Shown here: positions 51,268 through 64,000 of the stretch, in pieces | How the letters are laid out: each line of letters starts with the position of its first letter | Numbering within the stretch: position 1 is the stretch's first letter | Source of the DNA: Paragordius varius | Lineage: Eukaryota; Animalia; Nematomorpha | Direction: 5' to 3' | NCBI GenBank assembly: GCA_964247055.1 | Contig: OZ176053.1 | Location: 12,710,001 to 12,774,000 of the forward strand | Length of the DNA stretch: 64,000 nucleotides | The notes under the pieces: generated by a model | The model's input: the letters and a program-made list of their open reading frames with translations, nothing else | What the model was told of the DNA's origin: nothing | Databases searched by the model: none | Position numbers and translations under genes: made by a program

Positions 51268-54200
51268 TTTTGAGAATTATGTAAAAAGGGATGAAATAAT
51301 TAATATACCTAATCGGAATGACAAAAATTTCAACCGTTCTTTTACTGCTAAAAGCCCTGTTGTTAACAAATAAAGTTGGATACTAAGTGAAAAAAATAGT
51401 TTTAATATTTATTCTCGTAGATAAAATAAAAAATAGTTATGAAAAATTTGAATTTAAAAGCACGTATTCTTGGTGTTATATTAGATATTAATTTGACTTG
51501 TTTTTTATGTAATTTTAAATTGTTGTACTTTTTATCCACAATTTTTAATTAACTGAGAAATGAATAATATCGTACATGATGTAATAAACATGTAAATTAA
51601 ATAATTTTTTAGCCGTTTAACAACCAAAATGATATGAACTCTCTTTACTTTTAAAGCCGTATATTTTCTTAACATGCAAATTAGTATGGTTTATAAACAA
51701 CACGCCATTCTTTACGTGACTAAATTTTGAACATTTATTTTTCCTCGCTTTATATTATTTTTTGCCTAATTTGAATAGTTGATTTTTATATTTTTTTGCA
51801 GTCTTATTAATTATATCATTTCTTAAATTTATACATCTAACTTTTTTATCAAATTCTTGGGCCTATTTGGTAATTTTTAAGCATACTATTTAAAATATAG
51901 GTACAATATTTTTATTACAAGCATATTTTTTTTAATATTAATTTAATATTGGGTAAATTTCCCAATTTAAATTAAACATTACCTTAAACAAAAATAATAT
52001 TGTTGTAAACTAAATGAATTTTGCTAAAACGTAAATTGGCTAAAATAATTTCATGATTTACTACTGACATTTTGTTTATATATAATATAAATAAGGTGTT
52101 AATGACTTTTCGGCCATTTTGCAAAAACCTAAGAACCTGGCTGAAGATTTTGAAACGTGGATAATTTTTTAAAAATATTTTTCAATGTATGATAGGACAA
52201 CATATTTAGCCTTTAAAGGATATAAAATTGCAATATTCATCAGGTTTCAAAGTATTAAAAATATCTAAAGTATTTTATTATTAAGGGATGTCTGATGGCT
52301 ATTTTAAATTTTGATTTAGACAGCAAAGTCGAATATTTTTTTACTGATCAAATCCTTTAAATTAAATATATAATTTAATATAATATTTTAACAAAGTTCA
52401 TATAATAAATTGATCTTTGAAATCAATTTCTATACATATCATTTACATATTTTCATAATGTACATTTTATCGAATTTTGATTCAAAAACCGAACGCTAAT
52501 CTATACACAAATGTTAATTTTGCTGTAGATTTGTAATATGTCATTCGAAAAAGTAATAAAAACTCTATAAAATGCATACATTATATTCCATCGTTAGTTA
52601 ATATTTGACATAGGAAGCGACAAACTCGCGAAGCAGAGCTTTTTTCATAATTAATATATTTTTAAAACTAATGGATGAAATAGGGCAAACTGTGTATAGA
52701 TGGCAATGAATGTCTAAAAAAGATAACAGAAGAATGTTATATTGAATAAATTCATTTTATCACATAAGTGAACAAAGATATTCAGTGAAAATGAGATATT
52801 TATTCAAAATTAATTTTTAATTAATTAACTAAAAAACTTATATCATTACCTGGACCCAAGTCAATGAATGAACTATCTAAAAATAAATCAAAATTATTAT
52901 TAAAATTTACATCGTATTATTAACACCTTTTAAATTAAAATTTCCAAATCTATTTTTTTATCTATTAAATTCTCAATACCGGATTTATTATATAGTTACA
53001 CTAACTAAATTTATGTGAAATTAAAACTTTTACATTACAGGATTAAACTACAAATATTTAGCAATAAACAATTATTATTGCGAAAAAAATTATATTGAAT
53101 AGAATTTCTAGTTGCATATCCATTTAGTTATGTAATTTTTTTTGAAAAAAATTATATACAAAAAATACCTGGAATAATGGATTAGTGGTTGATACTTGGA
53201 CGTTTTGACTTTTTGAGTGTTTAAAGAATGATAGTTTATTTTTGAGAATTATGTAAAAAGGGATGAAATAATATACCTAATCGAAATGACAAAAATCCCA
53301 ACCGTTCCTCTACTACTAAAAGCCCTGTTGTAAACAAATAGAGTTGGATATTAAGTGAAAAAATTTGTTTTTATTATTTATTTATTCTTGTTGATAAAAT
53401 AAAAAGTTATGTTAATAAAATTTGAATTTAAAGCACGTATTCTTGGTATTATATTAGATGTTTAATTTGAATTGTTTTTATGTAATTTTAAATTGCTGTA
53501 CTTTTTATCCACAATTTTCAATTAACTGAGAAATGATTAATATCGTACATGATGTAATAAACGTAAATTATATAATTTTTTAGCCGTTTAACAACCAAAA
53601 TGATATGAACTTTCTCTACTTTAAAGCCATATATTTTCTTAACATGCAAATTAGTTTAGTTTAAAACAACACGCCATTCTTTACGTGACTAAATTTTTCG
53701 CTTTATATTATTTTTTGCCTAATTTGAATAGTTGTTTTTTTATATATTTTTTCAGCCTTGATAATTATAAATTTTTTTAAATTTTTTTATCAAATTCTTG
53801 GGCCTATTTGGTAATTTTTAAGCATACCATTTAAAATATAGGTATAATATTTTTATTACAAGCAGATTTTTTTTAATATTAATTCAATATTGGGTAATTT
53901 TCCCAATTTAAATTAAACATTACCTTAAACAAAAATAATATTGTTTGTAATCTAAATGATTTCGCTAAAACGTAAATTGGCTAAAATAATTTCATGATTT
54001 ATTACTGACATTTTGTTTAAATATAATATGAATAAGGTGTTATGACTTTTCGGCCATTTTGCAAAACCTAAGAACCTGGTGGAAGATTTTGAAGCATGGA
54101 TTTAATATTTTAAAATAATTTCGAATGTATGTTAGGACAACATACTTACCTTTTGAAGGACAATAAAATTGCAATATTCATCAAGTTTCTAAGTATTGAA

Positions 54201-55130
54201 TATATTTATGGTATTTTATTATTAAGGGATGTCTGATAGCTATTCTAAAAAAAGGCAAATATTTTTTTACTGATCAAATCCTTTAAATTAAATATATAAT
54301 TTAATATAATATTTTAACAAAGTTCATATAATAAATTGATCTTTGAAATCAATTTCTATACATATCATTTACATATTTTCATAATGTACATTTTATCGAA
54401 TTTTGATTCAAAAACCGAACGCTAATCTATACACAAATATTAATTTTGCTGTAGATTCGTAATATGTCATTCGAAAAAGTAATAAAAACTCTATAAAATG
54501 CATACATTATATTCCATCGTTAGTTAATATTTAACATAGGAAGCGAACTCGCTAGCATTTTTTTTAATTAATATATTTTTAAAACTAATGAATGAAATAG
54601 GTCCAACTTTGTATAGATGGCAATGAATGTCTTTAAAAGATAACACAAGCATGTCATTTTAAATACTCATTTTATGACACAGTTGAACAAAAATATATTC
54701 AGTAAAAATGAGATTTATTCAAAATTAATTTTAAATAACCAAAAACTTATATTAAAATATATTAACTGGACCCAAGTCAATTAATGAACTGTCTAAATTA
54801 TTAAAATTATTATTAAAATTTACATCGTGAGATTATTAACACCTATTAAGTTAAAACTTTCCAAATATTTCATACCTATTAAATTCTCAATACTGGGTTT
54901 TTTATATAGTTAAACTAACTAAATTTATGTGAAATCAAAAATTTTAGGTTACTGGATTAAACGACAAATATTTAGCAATGAACAATTATAATTGCCAAAA
55001 AAGTTTTATTGAATAAAATTTCTAGTTGCATATCCATTTAGTTATTTTTTTTGAAAAAAATTTATATACAAAAAAACCTGGAGTAAAGATTAATGGTTGG
55101 GAATATTTAGAACGTTTTGACTTTTTTGTG
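51268..55130. repeat. Direct tandem duplication, two ~1.97-kb non-coding units (51268-53240 and 53241-~55130)
   Basis: Anchor TTTTGAGAATTATGTAAAAAGGGATGAAAT at ~51268 and ~53241; collinear with scattered substitutions and indels. Confidence 0.9.
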
Positions 55131-55189
55131 TGTTCATGTTATTATAAAAATTTAATTAAAAAATGATAGTATATTTGAATTTAGTTTAT

Positions 55190-55805
55190 TTTATATACAA
55201 AAAATACCTGGGGTAAATTGTATTAACGGTTGCGAATATCTGTTTTTTTGACTTTTGACATTCTTGTTATAATAAAAATTTATTAAAGAAGGTTTTGAAA
55301 AAATAATTGGTCTTCACCTAAGAATTTTTTATTAATAGGGTTTACTGAAATTTTTAGCGATTTAACATGACAATCCAAATTTTTAAAATTTTAAATATAG
55401 GGCCATGTGTTTCATATCATTCGAAAGAGCCGTGAAGGCTATTCTGTGAAGGGGATTGTGGAGTCTAATGCAGACTTAAACTGTCAAGAAATTGATTTTG
55501 TTTCACCTTTACTGATACTGAAGAGCGCAAAAAACTGAATTTTATGAATGGTAGTATTTAAATCAATCTGATGTAAAAGTTATATGGCTTATTATAAAAT
55601 TTAAAAATTTCGAATGTTTTGTTAAATCGCTAAAAATTTCAATAAACCTTATTAATAGAAAAATTTTAGGTGAAGCCAATTATTTTTTCAAATATACTAT
55701 AATTCTTTAATGAAATTTTTATAATAACAAGAATGCCAAAAGTCAAAACACAGATATTCGCAACCGTTAATACAATTTACCCCAGGTATTTTTTATGTAT
55801 AAAAT
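55190..55805. repeat. Long inverted repeat (foldback-like): ~220-bp arms, ~175-bp spacer
   Basis: AAAATACCTGGGGTAAATTGTATTAACGGTTGCGAATATCTG at ~55201 is the reverse complement of ~55750-55793. Weaker inverted homology extends outward several hundred bp. Confidence 0.85.
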
Positions 55806-58800
55806 TTTTCAAAAAAAATCACATAAAATGGATATGCAACTAGAAATTGTATTCAATAAATTTTTTTTGCAATAATAATTGTTTATTGCTAAATATTTGT
55901 ATTTTGATCCAGTCACTTAAAATTTTTGAATTCACATAAATTTAGTTGGTGTAACTATATAAAAAATCCAGTATTGAAAATTTAATAAATAAAAATATAC
56001 TACAAAGTTTTGACTTGAAAGGTGTTGATAATCTGACAACATATATTTTAATAATAATAATTTTGATATTTTTAGATAATCCATCTAACCCGGATTTGAG
56101 TTTAGGGTATTATATTTTTATTAATTATTTTTTAGTTAATTATTAAGTATCAATTTTAAGTAAGATTTTTGGTCAATTTTAATTTTATAAGAAACCTAGA
56201 AAATATAATTGGGTTATTCAATGCATCAATAAAAAATTAGGAACGTTGTGGAATACGAGTGCAGCAAAAATATATTTTTATGAATCATATATTTGATAGT
56301 CACAGGCTTTAGGATTAAAATAAAAAAAAATGCGACTAACTGGCAAGAATCAATTTATTAATTTTTTCCATTATTTGTTATAATCGAAAATCGCATTTAT
56401 GTCGCCCATTGGGTCGAAAATTAAATACAATAGAAACGCGCAAAATTTATTTGCTAATATATTCTGTAAGGATAATCTTAAACGCATAATTATAGTGTAC
56501 AATTTTTTAGAGTGTAAACAAATTAAAGCTTATAATTTTTATAAATATTTAATTTATATTATGGAAAGAAAAAAATCTACCGACTTAGCTTTTTAAGGGA
56601 AGTTTTAAAAAGCGGGATTAATAGCCAAAATTACATCAATACATAATTTTTGGGCATGATATGTCCCTAAATCAAAAACGAAATGAATAATCTTTACCGA
56701 ATGTATAGTACGATTATTATAATATATGTTGTTTAAAGTTTTAAGCTACTTTTGGTTGGGTGCAAATTATTAAAATAAAAATTATTTTAAACACGATATA
56801 TGCGTAAACTCTAAATATAATCATATAATAGTTAAAACAAAAATTAAAATTTTCACCGCATCAAGTTTTTCCAATTTAAATTTTAACCCAAAGAACAATT
56901 TTATTAATACTTGAAAATACCTAAGAGACCTTCTAAAATTTTCGCTAACATTTTGTGTTTTGGAATATCCTTATGCTATATATCATCAAAATCGACACAT
57001 TTTTATCCGTTACAATTAATTTTATTTGACTTAATATAAGACAAGAATGCGATTTTTGATTATAGCATATTAACTTTCTTTTGTTCTAGCCTATTAACCG
57101 CAATAATTTTTTATAATCCTTACCCCGAATTTTTAGCAATCGAATATATAATTGATAAATGTAAGATTTATGCTGCGTCACGTGTTCTACTAACACTCCA
57201 TGATATTTTCTGTTATTTACTATCATTTTAACAGTTAATTATTATTCCATTAAAGAATTTTTTTGATTTTTCTTTATCAAATATTTAAAAATGTTTTTTG
57301 AAAATATACATCAAGTTTCATTTGTACTATATTCGAAAGAGTAAAAATCTATATACTGTTTTACATTGGTAATATTGGACTTAAAAGCGATCGCCCGAAG
57401 TGAGAGCGTTTTTTTTAATTGATATATATTTTTAAAACTAATGGATGAAAATAGCTCAAACTTTGTGTAGATGGCAATGAATGACAAAGAGATAACCTTT
57501 TCTGTCTTTGCATTTGTATGTTGCGTGTAACTCCAATTTGATAGAAAATGATATCATAATATATTCTGTGTTTATACTTGCATTTATAATTATATAGTTA
57601 TAGAGCGTGTAGCTCAAGAAAACGTGGTAGATGTTTAATGAATTGGTTCGATTCGTAGTGATTAACATTGCAACAGTTGATATCCATCACACCAAACCAT
57701 ACAAGCTGGCCTAACTAGACTACGAAATAGCGAGGAATCGATCCCGATTAGCTATGAAAACAACACAACACCATCGCCAAAGTCACCAGGTATTTTTTAT
57801 TACAGGCATTAATAAAAGTCCGTAAAGGCTACTATTTTTTATTTAGTTATATTAAAATACTAAATCTCAAAAATAATAACACCCACATCTATTAACCAAG
57901 GGTTTTTATTAGTGCTACCCTTTTGATTAATTTCTGGCATATATAACAGAGTCTATTTAACATTACTGGTATATAATGTGTTGACCCTTCATAACTTTGA
58001 TTTTTTTGTACAAACTTAAATTTTTAAAAAAATAAAACATTTATGTATAATTACGATTCATTAAACTGGACAAGAAATTTTGCCACTCGAGTTTTTTGCA
58101 TTTTCTGATAATTAACATTTTAAAAATCTGATATAATAATTAAAACACCTGAATTTTATTTTTATCAAAATTTTATTTATAAATGTTTCATTTTATATGC
58201 AACAGATGCCCATTCGTAATATATCATTCGAAAGAGTAATAAAAACTTTATAAAATGCATACTTTATGTTCCATCTTTAGTTAATATTTGACATAGGAAG
58301 CGACAAACTCGCGAAGCAGAGCTTTCTTCTTTATTAATATATTTTTAAAACTAATGGATGAAATAGGTCAAACTGTGTATAGATGGCAATGAATGTCTAA
58401 AAAAGATAACACAAGCATGTTATATTGAATCTCATTTTATCACATAAATGAACAAATATATTCAGTAAAAATGAGATATTTATTCGAATTGATTTTTAAT
58501 TAATTAACTAAACAACTTATATTAAAATATATTACCTGGACACAAGTCAATGAATGAACTATCTAAAAATATAATCAAAATTATTATTATCATTTACATC
58601 GTGAGATTATTAACACCTTTTAAATTAAAACTTTCCAAATCTATTTATACCGGATTTATTATATAGTTACACTAAATAATTTTATGTGAAATTAAAATTT
58701 TTATGTTATTGGATAGAACTACAAATATTTAGCAATTAACAATTATTATTGCAAAAAAATTTTATTGAATAAAATTTCTAGTTGCATATCCATTTAGTTA

Positions 58801-58949
58801 TTTTTTTTGAAAAAAATTTATATACAAAAAAACCTGGAGTAAAGATTAATGGTTGGGAATATTTAGAACGTTTTGACTTTTTTGTGTGTTCATGTTATTA
58901 TAAAAATTTAATTAAAAAATGATAGTATATTTGAATTTAGTTTATTTTA

Positions 58950-59565
58950 TATACAAAAAATACCTGGGGTAAATTGTATTAACGGTTGCGAATATCTGTT
59001 TTTTTGACTTTTGACATTCTTGTTATAATAAAAATTTATTAAAGAAGGTTTTGAAAAAATAATTGGTCTTCACCTAAGAATTTTTTATTAATGGGGTTTA
59101 CTGAAATTTTTAGCGATTTAACATGACATTCGAAATTTTTAAAATTTTAAATATAGAGGCATGTGTTTCATATCATTCGAAATAGCCGTGAAGGTTATTC
59201 TGTGAAGGGGATTGTGGAGTCTTATGCAGACTGAAACTGTCAAGTAAATGATTTTGTTTCACCTCTGATACTGATACTGAAGAGCGCAAAAAACTGAATT
59301 TTATGAATGGTAGTTCATTTAAATCAATCTGATGTAAAAGTTATTTGGCTTATTTTAAAATTTTAAAAAATTGAGAATGTTTTGTTAAATCGCTAAAAAT
59401 TTCAATAAACCTTATTAATAGAAAAATTTTAGGTGAAGCCAATTATTTTTTCAAATATACTATAATTCTTTAATGAAATTTTTATAATAACAAGAATGCC
59501 AAAAGTCAAAACACAGATATTCGCAACCGTTAATACAATTTACCCCAGGTATTTTTTATATATAA
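58950..59565. repeat. Duplicate copy of the foldback-like inverted repeat
   Basis: Same arms and spacer as 55190-55805, carried by the 3.4-kb duplication. Confidence 0.85.
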
Positions 59566-62340
59566 AATTTTTCAAAAAAAAATCACATAAAATGGATATG
59601 CAACTAGAAATTGTATTCAATAAATTTTTTTTTGCAATAATAATTTTGCTAAATATTTGTATTTTAATCCAGTCACCTAAAATTTTTGAATTCACATAAA
59701 TTTAGTTGGTGTAACTATATAAAAAATCCAGTATTGAAAATTTAATAAATAAAAATATATTACAAAGTTTTGACTTGAAAGGTGTTGATAATCTGACAAC
59801 ATATATTTTAATAATAATAATTTTGATATTTTTAGATAATCCATCTAACCCGGATTTGAGTTTAGGGTAATATATTTTTATTAATTATTTTTTAGTTAAT
59901 TATTAAGTATCAATTTTAAGTAAGATTTTTGGTTAATTTTAATTTTATAAGAAAATTAGAAAATATAATTGGGTTATTCAATGCATCAATAAAAAATTAG
60001 GAACGTTGTGGAATACGAGTGCAGCAAAAATATATTTTTATGAATCATATATTTGATAGTCACAGGCTTTAGGATTAAAATAAAAAAAAATGCGACTAAC
60101 AGGCAAGAATCAATTTATTTATTTTTTTCCATTATTTGTTATAATCGAAAATCGCATTTATGTCGCCCATTGGGTCGAAAATTAAATACAATAGAAACGC
60201 GCAAAATTTATTTGCTAATATATTCTGTAAGGATAATCTTCGCATAATTATAGTGTACAATTTTTTAGAGTGTAAACAAATTAAAGCTTATAATTTTTAT
60301 AAATATTTAATTTATATTATGGAAGGAAAAAATCTACCGACTTAGCTTTTTAAGGGAAGTTTTAAAAAGCGGGATTAATAGCCAAAATTACATCAATACA
60401 TAATTTTTGGGCATGATATGTCCCTAAATCAAAAACGAAATGAATAATCTTTACCGAATGTATAGTACGATTATTATAATATATGTTGGATGTTTTTTAA
60501 AGTTTTAAGCTACTTTTTGGGTGCAAATTATTAAAATAAAAATTATTTAAACACGATATATGCGTAAACTCTAAATATAATCATATAATAGTTAAAACAA
60601 AAATTAAAATTTTCCGCATCAAGTTTTTCCAATTTAAATTTTATCCCAAAGAACAATTTTATTAATACTTGAAAATACCTAAGAGACCTTCTAAAATTTT
60701 CGCTAACATTTTGTGTTTTGGAATATCCTTATGCTATATATCATCAAAATCGACTCATTTTTATCCGTTACAATTAATTTTATTTGACTTAATATAAGAC
60801 AAGAATGCGATTTTTGATTATAGCATATTAACTTTCTTTTGTTCTAGCCTATTAACCGCAATAATTTTTTATAATCCTTACCCCGAATTTTTAGCAATCG
60901 AATATATAATTGATAAATGTAACATTTATGCTGCGTCACGTGTTCTACTAACACTCCATGACATTTTCTGTTCACTATCATTTTAACAGTTAATTATTAT
61001 TCCATTAAAGAATTTTTATGATTCCTCTTTATCAAAATTTTATTTAAAAATTTTTTTCAAAATATACAACAAGTTTCATTTGTAATATATTGAGTAAAAA
61101 TCTATATACTATTTTACATCGGTTAATATTGGACATAGGGAGAAAGCGATAAACGGCCGAAGTGAGAACGTTTTTTTTAAATTAATATAATTTTAAAACT
61201 AATGGATGAAAATAGCTCAAACTTTGTGTGTAGATGGCAATGAATGACAAAAAGATAACCTTTTCTGTCTTTGCATTTGTATGTTGCTTGTCACTTCAAT
61301 TTGATAGAAAATGATATCATAAATATTCTGTGTTTATACTTGCATTTATAATTATATAGTTATAGAGCGTGTTCATGTTTCTACGCTCAAGAAAACGTGG
61401 TAGATGTAAAATAAATTGGTTCGATTCTTAGTGACTAACATTGCAACAGGTGATATCCAACACACCAAACGATACAAGCTGGCTTACTAGACTACCAAAT
61501 AGCAACGAATCGATCCCGATTAGCTATGAAAACAACACAACACCATCGCCAAACTCACCAGGTATTTTTTATTACATGCATTAATAAAAGTCGGTAAAGT
61601 AGGAGTATCTAGGCAACTATTTTTTAATTAGTTTAATTAAAATACTAAGACCCATGTTCGGGTAAGTATTACTTACGTCCGTATGCTTAAATCCTTTTGC
61701 TTCCATCCTTATGCTTACATTTTTGAATAATAATCATAAGTCTGATTCTAATAGACCTATTTAAATTTCAAAGTGGCATAACTTTAAAATATGCGAATTT
61801 TTGAATTCTGTAAATTGGAGGACAGAAAATCTGTATATAAACAAATAATTAATAGGTTTTAGAAAGTGCATCAATCTCTTACACATCCTAGTTAACTAAA
61901 CCGCTTCAAAAAATACATCTGGATTCACACATATAAAATTCAAAGTTTTTAGACGGTGTGCAAACGATTTAACTATATTTTTAAGATTTTGATCTCATAG
62001 CGATTAAAATATCTGCGTACTTTTTTCATTTTGAGGGAGATTTTTCTGAGGTATTAATCCCTAAAATATATACTCTATATTATTCACCTAATAGTACCAT
62101 AAAACAGAATGACTTAACATTTTTGAGAGTGGAAAAAGAAAAATATGATAGATTTTAATAATATAATTAATAATTTTGATCTTCATATAATTAATATTTC
62201 ATTAAATTAAATGCATTATAAATCTGTTTATGTATTGTAAAATTCTCCTAGATTTACAATTATTTTTTAAATCATTATTGTTCGCCATTATCATAAGATA
62301 AATTCAATATATGCAACAAAAACATTATTTTTATATATAA

Positions 62341-63460
62341 CTAGCGAAAGTCTCGGGCTGCTAAGCAGACCGAGGAAGTCCTTTGGACTTCCGGGTGGGA
62401 GGGGGGCGCTATTTGAAAAAGTATTTCGAAACATTATTTAATAGCTATGATCTTTATAAAATTTTAAAACGGTGCATTCATACTAATGTATTGTTTACTT
62501 GGGCCAAACGGTCTCATACCTAGGACGAAAAATAAATTTAAAAAATTATTTTTGTAGACTTTGTTTTTTGAAAAAATTGGCATTTTATGGGGGGCGGGTA
62601 AATATAGGGCCTAAATGAAAAAAGCGAGACGACCATGTTCAGCGCAATCGAAAATGAGTAAACAAAAATCACATTTGAAATATGGTTCAACACGTTCTCC
62701 GGAAGATTGTCGCAAAGACACGATTTTTGTGGACTTCTGTTTTCAAAAAAAACCGTTTTTTACACGGGGTATGCCCAAACTGGGGGCCTATTTCAAAAAG
62801 GGCGAAGATATTGTCGGGGCATTTATTAATGATTATGTTTTTTCGATGTTTGGATTTGAACGGGTCTACCGGTTTTCGGAAACATACAAAGCGGTTTTAA
62901 TGAGCTCATATGGCTTCCTAATTTTCTGTAAATTAGCTCCAAAACAAAGCAATTTCTATATAGTGGACCAGTTTTTGGAGGGTACTCCTAACCCAGGGTA
63001 GGTATAAAAAAGCGCTGGTTAACATTTTTGCCCTCATATGGGGATCATGGAATTATCATGGAATTTACTGTTCCTATTAGACTTATAGATTTTCTGAAAT
63101 TTGGCTCCAAAGGCTAGCTGTATCGAGATTCGACGCAGTTTTACGCGGGTAGCCTCTAACCAGGAGCGAAATAAAAAAACGCTTGATTAAAATTTTTGCG
63201 TTTTTACGGAAAATACCTGGAATCATTATTGATTCCATATGCTCTCATTAGTTTTTTGAAAAATTCCTTAAAACTAAAAAATTATTCTTGGTGGCGTATT
63301 TTTCAGGGCGTGAATAAAAATTCTTACGACCTATTGCTTTGTTATGGGATATTTTAACTATTGAACTCATATGGCATGATAGGTTTTCTGAAATTTAGCC
63401 CCAAAACCACCCTATTTCCTTATTATGGGGCAATTTTTAGCGGCTATCTCCTTACCCAGC
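62341..63460 (-). mobile_element. Non-autonomous Helitron, copy H3 (3' end intact, 5' end not seen, modules rearranged)
   Basis: On the minus strand: hairpin CTCGGTCTGC-TTA-GCAGCCCGAG, then 7 nt, then CTAG|T at 62341. The body is homologous to H1 and H2. Confidence 0.8.
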
Positions 63461-64000
63461 ATTTTGCATTTTGAGGATGAAGCATTGAAGAATCTACGCA
63501 TTTTATTGTATTATTAAATATTTACTCCTAGATGTATAAAAATATATTTATTGAAAATAAATATATGATATTTGGAATTTAATATATCGTTTTTTCGATC
63601 TTGCAAGCGTCTAAAAATCATTCATATCCACAAACAAAAACGGAAGCTATAAATATATCCTGATGAATCAAATATATTCTGAGAGAATAGCATATTATGA
63701 ATGTCATGGTGCTTTAGGTTTTAAGTGTAACGAATAATTTAGAGTTATATCCACTTTTTTGGTAATTGTTCCTTATCGAAAAGTTGCAAATTAGGCAAAT
63801 TATATATTTTTTTGGTGGAAGCTAAATGCCCCCCTTTAAAAGTATCATTATATTATCGAAAATTAATATAAAATTTATAATTTAAAGCGTAGGCTCCAAA
63901 AGTTGCATTTGGACTTCCCCAAAATGGGCCAGTTTTTTTAAAAAAGCCGATGCGCGATAACATTTTATATATTAACTAGAACTTGACAATATAATATTAT

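Larger units (their letters stand above)
54457..61648. repeat. Second direct duplication, two ~3.4-kb units (54457-57863 and 58215-61648), offset ~3.76-3.79 kb
   Basis: Long near-identical runs, e.g. CCTGGAGTAAAGATTAATGGTTGGGAAT at ~55078 and ~58833. The duplicated short ORF MSPIGSKIKYNRNAQ appears at 56399 and 60160. Confidence 0.9.

Noticed and set aside
56399-60345. Duplicated ORFs MSPIGSKIKYNRNAQ.. and MPKVKTQ..
   Set aside because: About 60 aa, AT-biased composition, inside duplicated repeat DNA; their repetition reflects the DNA duplication.
15487-63001. Similar short peptides from ORFs at 16188, 27943 and 62682 (..GHLLMI..LDLNGS..)
   Set aside because: Translations of the same non-coding Helitron module, antisense to the element and with differing frame breaks.
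1-64000. Alternative genetic code or stop-codon read-through as an explanation for in-frame stops
   Set aside because: Every in-frame stop in the four genes is removed by a GT-AG intron that restores ungapped homology, and the genes terminate normally at TAA or TGA.

Overview
This window is AT-rich (roughly 25% GC by eye) eukaryotic genomic DNA, most likely from an invertebrate animal. No CRISPR array, rRNA or tRNA was seen. I reconstructed four spliced minus-strand genes by hand, checking exon phase at every junction. (1) A twitchin/projectin-like titin-family protein: Ig x4, a long low-complexity linker, then Ig-Fn3-Fn3-Ig. A 27-exon model runs 10847->1128, and more Ig-coding exons run off the window start. 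(2) DDI1 (UBL-RVP-UBA; 7 exons, 23974->18651). (3) RUNDC1 (13 exons, 37573->30009). (4) An SLC17-family anion transporter (3 exons, 47177->44156). There is also a candidate secreted-protein gene missed by the ORF track (signal-peptide exon 18341->18197) and an orphan multi-TM ORF (50165-51139, +). Non-coding DNA is rich in non-autonomous transposons: a TTAA-specific piggyBac-like MITE (5 copies, one nested inside another copy), a hAT MITE with an 8-bp TSD, a TA-flanked MITE (2 copies), a non-autonomous Helitron family (3 copies, one complete), RTE-LINE remnants, and a ~10 kb block of tandem and inverted duplications (51.3-61.6 kb). The most unusual signal is splicing. Frame-required introns of only 22, 25 and 31 nt (probably also 29 and 35 nt) sit beside kb-sized introns, and donor sites are strongly degenerate (+5 G in about 9 of 46 modelled donors). 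All gene models and identities are manual and need RNA-seq and homology searches for confirmation.
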